From NCBI GenBank assembly GCA_965200085.1, contig OZ241333.1, positions 547,704 through 611,703 on the forward strand: 64,000 nucleotides of DNA. Direction: 5' to 3'. Position 1 is the stretch's first letter. Every line of letters starts with the position of its first letter. Source of the DNA: Dehalococcoidia bacterium (lineage in GTDB: Bacteria > Chloroflexota > Dehalococcoidia > Lucifugimonadales > JADFKI01). The notes under the pieces are model-generated. The model searched no databases. It was not told the origin of the DNA and saw only the letters and a program-made list of their open reading frames with translations. This document shows positions 8,209-16,998 of this stretch, piece after piece. A program made the translations under genes and the position numbers.

Positions 8209-8961
8209 TCATTCAACGAACCGACCGAAAACAAAGAAACTCACATAAGCCTCTAAAGAGTTGAACTTGGGAAACTTATGTTGGGCTAGTTTCCGCCAAA
8301 ACTTATTCGCCTCTCGCAATTCAATCGACTCTGCTGCGTGGATAAGTTGTATATTGGGGTCTTCTCGGTAGAACCACTCAGCAAAATCGTCTTTCATTGC
8401 TAACCTTAGCTGCTTAAATGAGGGTAAGGTAGTCCAAGGTTTCTTTTCTGAAAACCAATCCGCACTACTTCCGCCGCTCCTATAAAGTTCGTACACAACA
8501 GGTATAAATAATTCAAAGTGAGGGGCTTTCAGGTGAGGTAGAATCTTGCTCTCAATTTGCGCAATGTCGGTTTGAACACTATTCGAAGATCGCTTATCAG
8601 GATAGAGTTTAGTTCTGATTCCATGCAAATCAATAGATATCCTATTCTGATCTCTTGAATGGCTGTTAGCAACCATTCCTTTGGATTCAATGGCAACAGC
8701 AATAGTATTATCACGAATCATACATAGATCAATCTTTTTCTGCACTCCTTTTGGATATTCTGACTCTATGGAATATCCACTGAACTTATCGGACAATGCC
8801 GATTTGATAATTGCATTCAGCGATCCTTCATAACGAACGGCTTTTGCTTCGGTGGCAATCTTTTGCGTAAGTGCGGTGTTTGCTTCACCTCTAATTCGAT
8901 CTTCTGCTAACCTAAATGCATTTTGTAATGTTTCCACAGAAACTGGAAGTATGGGATTCAT
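8209..8961 (-). CDS. Orphan hypothetical protein with a PD-(D/E)XK-type nuclease motif, in an AT-rich segment
   Basis: The 250-aa ORF has KKIDLCMIRDNTIAVAIESKG, giving D78-x13-E92-x-K94, with acidic residues (ESEYP) upstream. The DNA is clearly more AT-rich than its neighbours by eye. Function is inferred from the motif only. Confidence 0.45.
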   Translation of the reverse strand: MNPILPVSVETLQNAFRLAEDRIRGEANTALTQKIATEAKAVRYEGSLNAIIKSALSDKFSGYSIESEYPKGVQKKIDLCMIRDNTIAVAIESKGMVANSHSRDQNRISIDLHGIRTKLYPDKRSSNSVQTDIAQIESKILPHLKAPHFELFIPVVYELYRSGGSSADWFSEKKPWTTLPSFKQLRLAMKDDFAEWFYREDPNIQLIHAAESIELREANKFWRKLAQHKFPKFNSLEAYVSFFVFGRFVE

Positions 8962-9095
8962 GTGTTTTCCTCAACAAGTAACATATTGATTTATCATATT
9001 CATTCAACAAAACGAACTGACCTCTCGTATGATAACAAATGCCAGCCTTACATTTTGGCGCGCTGCTTGGCAGAGCAGGAATGAGCCGCGTGCCG

Positions 9096-9560
9096 CTACG
9101 ACTCAAGAAGAGGGTTGATCCCTCTGACATTGATGCCGTAATCGAATACCAGATCGCCGCCGGTCATCCCGGACATCGTCAGGAAGCCGGTCCCAACAAG
9201 GATAACGGCAAGGTATATTATTGATCTGCCCGCGTCCGAGCCTCTCCAGCGGGAGATCGACCTCCAGACTACCAGTGCGATGAAGAGGGCGGTTGTTGCG
9301 AAGCTCCAGTTCTGATGAGTATCTATGACGTTGTGTACGGGAGTGCCCTCGTATGCTTCGTGTCCTATAATCCCAGTTATGCTTGCTGCGATTGCCCCGA
9401 CAGTCCCTATCAGAAGCAGCACCCAGGACGCCTGATTCATACTGTCGCTTCCTCGCACACGCACCCAGATGCTTAGCGCCGCGCTCACAATGAGAAGAGC
9501 GATAGGGAAGTGGACTATGATGGGATGTATGTCTGTAATCGTGTCAGAAATTATATCCAT
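9096..9560 (-). CDS. DUF2231-family integral membrane protein
   Basis: It has the N-terminal signature IHPIIVHFPIALLIVSA and four predicted TM helices in 154 aa. Confidence 0.7.
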   Translation of the reverse strand: MDIISDTITDIHPIIVHFPIALLIVSAALSIWVRVRGSDSMNQASWVLLLIGTVGAIAASITGIIGHEAYEGTPVHNVIDTHQNWSFATTALFIALVVWRSISRWRGSDAGRSIIYLAVILVGTGFLTMSGMTGGDLVFDYGINVRGINPLLES

Positions 9561-9805
9561 TCGTAACCTCTCCGCTGTATATGAGTTCTACCTTGCTTGC
9601 GTACAAAGTAAGAGAACTTTGAGGGCTGCCTAAAGATATAACGATGGGGAGTTGCAATGGTTAGGCTTAGGCTCTGCTGTTGAGGTTATCCTGACTTGAA
9701 ATCTTGCTTATGAAAATATGTCGCCTGTCGGATTTATTCTCCCTTCTCAAAGGAATAGGACGACTGGGAACTGCACCGCTGGAATATCAACCCCAGCCTA
9801 GGAAC

Positions 9806-9842
9806 AAAAAAGACGCTCCTGCCATCCGGCAGCGAACGTCTT
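9806..9842 (-). terminator. Rho-independent terminator downstream of tRNA-Pro
   Basis: The minus strand reads GAAGACGTTCGCTGCC-GGAT-GGCAGGAGCGTCTT followed by TTTTTTG. It lies about 28 nt after the tRNA 3' end. Confidence 0.6.
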
Positions 9843-9869
9843 CTCATAACGGCAATACTATGCCAACTA

Positions 9870-9946
9870 TGGTCGGGGAGACTGGATTTGAACCAGCGAC
9901 CCCCTGCACCCCATGCAGGTGCGCTTCCAAACTGCGCCACTCCCCG
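9870..9946 (-). tRNA. tRNA-Pro (anticodon GGG), 77 nt with encoded CCA
   Basis: The reverse complement folds as a cloverleaf: CGGGGAG-TG-GCGC-AGTTTGGAA-GCGC-A-CCTGC-ATGGGGT-GCAGG-GGGTC-GCTGG-TTCAAAT-CCAGT-CTCCCCG-A-CCA. It has 7/4/5/5-bp stems, a T-loop TTCAAAT, U33, anticodon GGG and G37. Confidence 0.93.
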
Positions 9947-9956
9947 TCCAGCATCC

Positions 9957-9985
9957 AGAATAGCACAGCGCTTAGACGTGTTCAA
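9957..9985 (-). promoter_or_regulatory. Candidate sigma-70-type promoter of tRNA-Pro
   Basis: The minus strand has TTGAAC (9985-9980), a 17-nt spacer and TATTCT (9962-9957). The tRNA 5' end lies 10 nt downstream of the -10 element. Confidence 0.45.
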
Positions 9986-9998
9986 GAGCAATTGCGAG

Positions 9999-11186
9999 CT
10001 CACGCGTACCCAGTTTGGAAAGGAGTGATGCCGAGATAGTAGGGAGGAGGTTCATAGTATGCAAAGTAGTATTCCAGTCCGAGGTGCAAAACCCCAAGTT
10101 TGCCCCAGGAACAGACTTGTTTCCGAAATGACGGCGATACACGCATCCCAACAAGAATGAGCACAACACACGCCAGCACAACACCAAGCAGCAGACGCTG
10201 AAGACGACTTGATGTGGTAACGGTCGTGGAAGCAAGAGAGAAGCGCTGCTTGCCGTCCCTGAAGTACTGTTCAGGCTGCATCCGCTTGCGGTACATCTTC
10301 ACAGCAAGTCTCGCATCAGACAAGGAAGTTGCCAGATACCACGGATCCTTATGTCCGCTTCCCCAGAACAGCACGAGGTTTGTAGTCACTGCGCCATCCT
10401 GACGATACTTCACACCCGGCACGAACACGATGCGCCGCTTCCGCAGAGGGTAATCTCGCAATCTGCACCTGAACTCCTCACTTTGCACTATCACATCTTT
10501 CTTGAGCCGGATGACATAGTCCACAGGGTATCCACTGAAAGAAGGGAGGCGCTGTATAAACAGAAGCAGACTGGCTCTGCCAAAACCCCTGTCAGCAAGT
10601 ATCAGCGGACGAACAGTGTTGGGCAGGTGAGTTACCAGTCTGCGAATGAACATCTCCTCAAGGCGATTTTGAGAGGGATTCAGCTCCTCACTGCGCGACA
10701 CCCAGCTCAGAAGTGGGAGACCTCTCTTCCTGAAGCAGACCGCAGCGAACAGTCCGTTGAAACCTCTGCCAAGATCAGACCAGTCTATCATTATGGGTGT
10801 GAGACCTTTGAGTCGTGCGGTTGAGACGATGTGAGGCATCATCGCGGTCTGTGTTTGAAAGGGATCTAGGCGGTGGTTGGACAGGAAGCGGAACAGTCGC
10901 TTCTTGTTGTGGTGATGCGAGCTGGTTCTGGTTAGAGAGGATCGGGCAAGTTCTCTTGCGAGTACGGATAGTGAGAGTTGGCGGCGAGAGAGGATAGAGC
11001 AGGTTAACAGAGCGAGGTTAACTTTTCTGGTAGCTCTGATATTGGGGATAGCGCAGTTGAGAAATGTGCTGATGCTGTTATACCATTTCATTGGTCGGAC
11101 TCCTCAGGCAGAGTTTTGTCAACTTATATCTATACCTGAGTATCCGACCTTTTTCTATACCTCGTACTAAACTGGGTACGCGTGAG
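9999..11186 (-). mobile_element. Intact IS4-family insertion sequence (about 1.19 kb) with 18-bp perfect terminal inverted repeats and a 10-11-bp target site duplication
   Basis: CTCACGCGTACCCAGTTT at 9999-10016 is the exact reverse complement of 11169-11186. The direct repeat caattgcgag flanks both ends (9989-9998 and 11187-11196). A single transposase ORF lies inside. Confidence 0.85.
10000..11091 (-). CDS. IS4-family DDE transposase (363 aa)
   Basis: It has ILADRGF (second catalytic D) and YRKRMQPEQYFRDGKQ, which is the IS4 signature Y-x2-R-x3-E-x6-K. The ORF is uninterrupted. Confidence 0.85.
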   Translation of the reverse strand: MKWYNSISTFLNCAIPNIRATRKVNLALLTCSILSRRQLSLSVLARELARSSLTRTSSHHHNKKRLFRFLSNHRLDPFQTQTAMMPHIVSTARLKGLTPIMIDWSDLGRGFNGLFAAVCFRKRGLPLLSWVSRSEELNPSQNRLEEMFIRRLVTHLPNTVRPLILADRGFGRASLLLFIQRLPSFSGYPVDYVIRLKKDVIVQSEEFRCRLRDYPLRKRRIVFVPGVKYRQDGAVTTNLVLFWGSGHKDPWYLATSLSDARLAVKMYRKRMQPEQYFRDGKQRFSLASTTVTTSSRLQRLLLGVVLACVVLILVGMRVSPSFRKQVCSWGKLGVLHLGLEYYFAYYEPPPYYLGITPFQTGYA

Positions 11187-11474
11187 CAATTGCGAGCATC
11201 GAATCCGAGGGATGTCGTGAGATGCTACGGCATGATAGATGCCTGCAGCTGATATAGGCTGGCGGTACACTGGCGGTGCATTATGTCAGATTTCTCACTG
11301 CGCTGTCATCTCGTCCGAAATGACAGGTAAGAAGAACATTGCGCTGTCTTCGGGATGACAGCTCGGATATTTGGGCGCTTAAGCGGCGTTTCTGTAAAGT
11401 GGCTTGCGTGGGCTGATGTGCTAAACTGGGCGCAGAACGATGTGGATGATATAGCAAAGCACTCGGAGGAGAAT

Positions 11475-12728
11475 ATGAACGGCAACGGAACTCTGCTGCA
11501 AAAGACCGAACCATACGGACCGCTGGCAGGCGTAAAAGTGCTGGACTGGACGATGTGGCAGTTTGGGCCTGTGGCTGCATCGATGCTGGGCGACATGGGC
11601 GCGGATGTGATTAAACTGGAGGCGCTGGACGGCGATGTGGGACGCGCTGTGTCCTCGATGGAATCTGCGAAGGCAGGTATGCCCAACGGCAGGAATGCCT
11701 ATTTTGAGACCTGCAATCGCAATAAGCGAGGGATCTCTCTGAACCTGAAGACGCCGGAAGGCCGTGAGATTGCGCATAAACTGGTGGCGCAGTCCGATGT
11801 GGTTATAGAGAACTTCCGCAATGGAGTTGCGGAACGGCTGTCGATGGATTACGAGACGCTGAAGAAGATTAACCCGATGCTGATATACGGCTCCGCGTCC
11901 GGGTTCGGAACAGAAGGTCCCGACGCGATGATGCCGTCTCTGGATGCGTGCGGTCAGGCGCGCGCGGGTCTGATGATGTCTGCGACTCCGCCATGGGCGA
12001 AGCACCCCATATCCGTCAGAGGTGCGCCGTCTGACCAGATCGGGGGAATTATCCTTTGCTTAGGGATACTCTCTGCGCTGTGGGCGCGGGAGAGTCAAGG
12101 CATCGGTCAGAAGGTAGAAGTTTCACACATGAGCAGCACGATGTGGCTTCAGGGACTTGCGGTCGGAATGGATTTGCTCATCGGCAACCATATGCCCACC
12201 CTGAACAGAGAAGATGTGCGGAACTATATGTACAACATATACTTGTGCAAGGACGGCTGCTGGCTTCGGATATCGAACCCGCAGCCGAAGCGGTATTGGA
12301 GACCTTTCGTAGAAGCGCTGGGTATTCCGCAGGTGCTGGAAGATTCCAGATTTCAGGGAGTGGAAGACGGTGCGGAAGTGCATCCGGAGCTGCTTGGGCT
12401 GATTGAGGATACTTTCGCGACGAAGACCTATGCGGAGTGGGACGCGATATTCCGTCAATATGGGTTTATCTATGCGAAGGTGCAGAGCGTATCGGATCTC
12501 AAGAACGACCCGCAGGTGATTGCGAACGAATATATCACGGACTTTGATCATCCGGACATTGGGCCAATCAAAGTTTGCAACTTCCCGGTGGCGTACAGCG
12601 AGACACCGCCATCCATTGTACGAGGCGCACCGGAGCTTGGGCAGGATACTGAGGCGGTGCTCATCGATGAGCTCGGGTATGACTGGGATGACATTACAAG
12701 ATTTCAGGGCGCCGGGGCGATACTCTAG
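11475..12728 (+). CDS. Family III (CaiB/BaiF-type) CoA-transferase
   Basis: The N-terminus GVKVLDWTMWQFGPVAASMLGDMGADVIKLE and the overall length fit the family. Shine-Dalgarno GGAGGA at 11465-11470 precedes ATG 11475; the track start at 11355 is an upstream extension. Confidence 0.85.
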   Translation: MNGNGTLLQKTEPYGPLAGVKVLDWTMWQFGPVAASMLGDMGADVIKLEALDGDVGRAVSSMESAKAGMPNGRNAYFETCNRNKRGISLNLKTPEGREIAHKLVAQSDVVIENFRNGVAERLSMDYETLKKINPMLIYGSASGFGTEGPDAMMPSLDACGQARAGLMMSATPPWAKHPISVRGAPSDQIGGIILCLGILSALWARESQGIGQKVEVSHMSSTMWLQGLAVGMDLLIGNHMPTLNREDVRNYMYNIYLCKDGCWLRISNPQPKRYWRPFVEALGIPQVLEDSRFQGVEDGAEVHPELLGLIEDTFATKTYAEWDAIFRQYGFIYAKVQSVSDLKNDPQVIANEYITDFDHPDIGPIKVCNFPVAYSETPPSIVRGAPELGQDTEAVLIDELGYDWDDITRFQGAGAIL

Positions 12729-12960
12729 GCGGCACTTTGACGAGTGTTAGTTGGTCAGTTCGGTACTTGTAATCTGACGATGAGACCTCCGCAAGGCGCA
12801 GATGTACATGGTGGATATAATAAAAAAGTCCGCCTGCGACATGTGGTCAGCCCGTGGCATACAAATAGTCTGACTTCCATCCTGAAACGTCAGTCCTGAA
12901 TGCTGCTAATACCAATGCTGCTAATATCGAACAACCGGATATAACGATCCGACAAATAAA

Positions 12961-12990
12961 AGCCCTCTTCCGATAAGTAGGAAGAGGGCT
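12961..12990 (-). terminator. Rho-independent terminator of the hydroxy-acid dehydrogenase gene, possibly bidirectional
   Basis: An 11-bp stem AGCCCTCTTCC/GGAAGAGGGCT has loop GATAAGTA. It is flanked by an A-run on the left (a T-run on the minus strand) and tcttctattt on the right. It lies 36 nt past the stop at 13026. Confidence 0.65.
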
Positions 12991-13025
12991 TCTTCTATTT
13001 CGGTTCGAGAGGCAAACCGTATGAG

Positions 13026-14120
13026 TTATGAGCGCGGCCACCAGTCGGTGTCAGGCAGGTCAACGATACCCGGGTGGAGTTCGTCCGGTGTGCGGCAGCC
13101 GACATAGGCGAGCGCGCGGTCGAATTCAACCCTTAGGATGTTGAGCATAAGCTCGACGCCCGACGCGCCGTTGTACGCCAATCCCCAGTACAGCGGGCGT
13201 CCCACGAGCACGGCACGCGCGCCTAGGCAGATTGCTTTAAGCACATCTAGACCGCGGCGCACTCCGGAGTCGAGGTATATCTCAAGGCGGTCCCCGACTG
13301 CTTGTGCGATGGGCGGCAGGGTTTCGATACTGGAAGGCGTGCCGTCGAGCTGTCTGCCTCCATGATTGGAAACTACGATGCCGTCAACGCCGTATTCGGC
13401 GCACTGGATAGCGTCTTCGACAGTGCGAACGCCCTTTATTATGAGTGGCAACCCTGTGAGATTTCGCAGCCAGTCGAGCCTGTCCCAAGTTAAGCCGACA
13501 TATCCGGGTGGGTTCCAATCCGTGAGATCCGGAACGCCGACTGCTGATCGGTTGATGAGGTCCGGTCTGTCGCGAAGGCTGCCCCAATGCAGACCCGGCG
13601 CTGCCATGTAAAGATTGCGTATGTCGCGCTCTTTGGGGCTGCCGACCGGTGTGTCGATCGTGAGGCAGATGGCTTTATAGCCGGCTTGCTTGGCGCGCTT
13701 GACGAGGATTTCGGTTACTTCGTTGTCGTGGTGGTAGAGTTGGAACCAGAGGGGACCTGTGGCGACCTCAGCGACTTCTTCGATGCTGTATCCGGAACTT
13801 GTGGGCAGGGTGTAGAGGGTCCCGACTCGGCCTGCGCCGGTCGCAGTGGCACGCTCGCCTTCGGAGTGCGCTTGGCGCTGCCCGCCGGTGGGAGCGACCA
13901 TTACCGGGAAGGAGATTTTTTCGCCGAGAACGGTCGTGGAGAGGTCTCGGTCGGAGACATCTTTGAGAAACTGGGCGTTCACGAGTATGCGTTCGAATGA
14001 TGATCTGTTGCGGCGCTTGGTTATCTCGTCGTTGGATGCGGCATCTACGAAAGTCCACATATTATGCGACATCGTCTGTTTTGCGAGAGCTTCCATATCG
14101 AACAAGTTTACGGGATCCAT
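13026..14120 (-). CDS. FMN-dependent alpha-hydroxy acid dehydrogenase/oxidase (L-lactate dehydrogenase / glycolate oxidase family)
   Basis: Motifs are PLIIKGV, VVSNHGGRQLD and DSGVRRG..V.KA..LGA, with a family-typical length of 364 aa. Confidence 0.85.
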   Translation of the reverse strand: MDPVNLFDMEALAKQTMSHNMWTFVDAASNDEITKRRNRSSFERILVNAQFLKDVSDRDLSTTVLGEKISFPVMVAPTGGQRQAHSEGERATATGAGRVGTLYTLPTSSGYSIEEVAEVATGPLWFQLYHHDNEVTEILVKRAKQAGYKAICLTIDTPVGSPKERDIRNLYMAAPGLHWGSLRDRPDLINRSAVGVPDLTDWNPPGYVGLTWDRLDWLRNLTGLPLIIKGVRTVEDAIQCAEYGVDGIVVSNHGGRQLDGTPSSIETLPPIAQAVGDRLEIYLDSGVRRGLDVLKAICLGARAVLVGRPLYWGLAYNGASGVELMLNILRVEFDRALAYVGCRTPDELHPGIVDLPDTDWWPRS

Positions 14121-14478
14121 CGGACTACTCCCTCCGTAGTATTGTTAAGGTTTGATTAACAGCAGAGCGAATTATACCCTCAGAAAGGGGAATGTCAAAG
14201 GTTAGATGATGGTGTTAAATGGAATGTTGTAGTGAGTTGTGACAATGAGTTGTCGTAGATGACGCAGGCAATTGGCAGGCAATTGAATTGATACGAACTT
14301 AGTATCGCTGTATTCTAGGCGGAGTACGACTTTGCAGTCGTGCAAGTATTGTGCAACTGTGAGTGTGGCTGCAAATGTGAATAGAAAAGGCACAAGTTTT
14401 CGCCGCCGCGCTTGCTTATAACTTTGCGAACAGGCCTGGCTCTTTTATATGGCTGTAACTTGCATAGGAGATTTATGA

Positions 14479-15369
14479 ATGACGGCTAGAATTACAGAGA
14501 TTGCGAATGGCGTACACCAAATGGTGGTAGGCGAGGGAGCGCATGAAGGAGTATATGCGCCGAATGTCTATCTCGTAGTGGGCAGTGAGCGGGCTGTATT
14601 TGTGGATACGGCTTACGGCAAAACCGAAGAGGTGGACGGGTACTTGGAGTTTTGGCGGTCTGTCAGCACGCCGGAGATTGCTGCGATTATCCTGACGCAT
14701 AGACACGGAGACCACATCGGGGGCGCGATGCGTATGCGAACCGAGACTGGGGGCGACGTGATTTGCCATGCTGCTGAAAAGGAGGCTATTGAGTCGGACT
14801 TCGTCTCCGCACGAATGCCTGATCAGCCGTATCAGCAGCCCGGGGATCCAGCGATTGACCTCGACAATATTCCCGGCACGAAGGTGGACGCAGCGGTGGG
14901 CGACGGCGATACGCTGGCTCTCGGCGATGCTACGCTGGAGTTCATCCATACGCCTGGGCATACGATGGGCAGCCTGTGCATATTCCATCGAGAGAGCGGT
15001 GTGCTGTTCAGCGGAGATATGATTTTAGGAACAGGCACAACGGTTATCAGCCCGGAGCATGGTGATATGGCAGCGTATATCGCGTCGATGCGGAAGCTTC
15101 TCGAATATGATTCGCGCCTGATTGCCCCTGGGCATGGGCCTGTTATCGATACGCCCCAGGATAAACTGAATGAGCTTATCAGACATCGGATTGCGCGCGA
15201 AGAGCAGATTGTGGAGCTGGTAGATGCAGGCAATCGGAGTATTGACGCGCTGCTGGATGCCATCTACGCAGGTAACATACACCCTCAGCTAATGGAAACC
15301 GCACGCAGCCAGATACGCGCGCACCTGATTAAGCTGGAAGATGAAGGGCGGGTTTCCGGACTGATTTGA
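14479..15369 (+). CDS. MBL-fold metallo-hydrolase
   Basis: It has the HxHxDH motif THRHGDHIGG, then HTPGHT and GD..LG typical of the beta-lactamase fold. Confidence 0.85.
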   Translation: MTARITEIANGVHQMVVGEGAHEGVYAPNVYLVVGSERAVFVDTAYGKTEEVDGYLEFWRSVSTPEIAAIILTHRHGDHIGGAMRMRTETGGDVICHAAEKEAIESDFVSARMPDQPYQQPGDPAIDLDNIPGTKVDAAVGDGDTLALGDATLEFIHTPGHTMGSLCIFHRESGVLFSGDMILGTGTTVISPEHGDMAAYIASMRKLLEYDSRLIAPGHGPVIDTPQDKLNELIRHRIAREEQIVELVDAGNRSIDALLDAIYAGNIHPQLMETARSQIRAHLIKLEDEGRVSGLI

Positions 15370-15442
15370 TTAGGCTCAGCAGGTTAACAAAGCCCGCCTG
15401 CTTCTCGCCGGACCTAACACAAACTAACCACAGTGAAAAAGG

Positions 15443-16156
15443 ATGGACATGCTTGACTTTGAAAAATATGACGCGCTGACTTTCGACTGCTACGGAACGC
15501 TGATCGACTGGGAAGCAGGAATTGCGCGCGCGCTGCGTCCGGTTATAGCGGCGCACGGGATATATGTCGAAGATGCTAAGCTGATGGATCTGTATGCGGA
15601 AATTGAGAAGGATGAAAAGTGGGGAGAGTACAGGCTCTACCGCGATGTGCTGCGCTCCACGGTTCAGGGCATTTGCGGACGGCTGGGTTTCATCCCGTCG
15701 CAGTCCGAATCTGAATGTCTGGCAGAATCGCTCGAAAACTGGCGCCCATTCGCAGATACCGTGAACGCGCTGCGGCGGTTTCAGCGCAGATATATGCTGT
15801 GCATAATCTCCAATGTGGACGATGACCTGTTCGAGGGGACTGCGCGGAGACTTGGCGTTCAATTCGACCGCGTGGTTACTGCGGAGCAGGCTAGGTCTTA
15901 CAAACCTATGCACAATAATTTCGCTATGGCAGTTGAATATCTAGGTGTTCCAAAAGAGCGAGTGCTGCATGTGGCAGAGAGCGTTAGTATGGACATAGTG
16001 CCGGCGAAGGCTTTCGGTATGGGTACGGTATGGGTAAATCGCAATGCGGGAACAGGGCGCGCCGGCAGCGCTTCCGGCAATCCGTCAGGCGAATCTTCGG
16101 GCGCAGACCTTGAAGTGCCGGACTTGAAGACACTCGCCGAGCTGATGGGACTATAA
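15443..16156 (+). CDS. HAD-superfamily hydrolase, haloacid dehalogenase type II-like
   Basis: Motif I is LTFDCYGTLIDWE. It also has SNVD and SYKP motifs and a C-terminal HVAES..DI.PA..G. Confidence 0.8.
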   Translation: MDMLDFEKYDALTFDCYGTLIDWEAGIARALRPVIAAHGIYVEDAKLMDLYAEIEKDEKWGEYRLYRDVLRSTVQGICGRLGFIPSQSESECLAESLENWRPFADTVNALRRFQRRYMLCIISNVDDDLFEGTARRLGVQFDRVVTAEQARSYKPMHNNFAMAVEYLGVPKERVLHVAESVSMDIVPAKAFGMGTVWVNRNAGTGRAGSASGNPSGESSGADLEVPDLKTLAELMGL

Positions 16157-16158
16157 GT

Positions 16159-16884
16159 GTGGCTGAACAGGTGAAGAGATATGCTCAGCGCCAGCCTAAT
16201 TCGGCGACGGACGTCGTGCACATTGACAAGCCCCATAGTGTAATTTTCGACTTCGATTATACCCTCGCTGACTCCTCTGTGGGCGTAATCGAGTGCGTGA
16301 ACTATGCGTTCGGACGGCTGGGGCTGCGCCTTGCGGCAGATAGCGCGATACGGCGCACCATCGGAATGTCGCTGCCCCGCACATTGACGACGCTGGCGGG
16401 CGAAGAATACGCGGCGCACGGCGATGAGTTCATGCGGCTGTTCATCGAGCGCGCAGATGAGGTGATGCACGATTCCACACGGCTGTTTGAATTTGTGCCG
16501 TCTATGGCGGACGCGTTGCTGAGAGAGGACATCTCACTCGGCATCGTGTCGTCGAAGTTTCGGCGGCGCATTGAGGCTATCTTGCGGCGGGAAGGTCTGG
16601 ATCAACGCTTTGCGGTTGTGATAGGCGGTGAGGATGTGGAAGCTCTGAAACCCAACCCTTCGGGACTGCTGCGCGCTGCGTCGGCGTTGGGCGCGCCCAT
16701 AGATAGGTGCTTGTACGTGGGGGACAGCGTAACCGATGCTGAAACCGCACAGCGCGCGGGTGTGCCGTTTGCGGCTGTGCTGTCCGGCGTTACCGAGCGG
16801 AACGCCTTTGCGAAGTATGAGCCTGTAACGGTTCTTGCGTGCGCAGGGGAACTGCCTGCGGTGCTGAGATGCAGCATTATCTGA
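16159..16884 (+). CDS. HAD-superfamily hydrolase, phosphoglycolate-phosphatase-like
   Basis: Motifs are VIFDFDYTLADS (motif I), GIVSSK (motif II) and KPNP...YVGDSVTDAETAQRAG (motifs III/IV). The start is uncertain; the track uses a GTG. Confidence 0.75.
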   Translation: MAEQVKRYAQRQPNSATDVVHIDKPHSVIFDFDYTLADSSVGVIECVNYAFGRLGLRLAADSAIRRTIGMSLPRTLTTLAGEEYAAHGDEFMRLFIERADEVMHDSTRLFEFVPSMADALLREDISLGIVSSKFRRRIEAILRREGLDQRFAVVIGGEDVEALKPNPSGLLRAASALGAPIDRCLYVGDSVTDAETAQRAGVPFAAVLSGVTERNAFAKYEPVTVLACAGELPAVLRCSII

Positions 16885-16998
16885 CAGAAGTGTGGATGAT
16901 AAGGCTGATAAGTGTGAACCGCTTCGATTAGCCCAAAACCTTTCATTGTTGTAGCATGTCAGTGGCACGTTGCCTTGAAACCCTTTAATGGAGCAGGA

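Noticed and set aside
9704-10039. ORFs 9704..10039 (+) and 9734..10003 (-) as protein-coding genes.
   Set aside because: They run across the tRNA-Pro gene, its terminator and promoter and the IS end. They are explained by those features.
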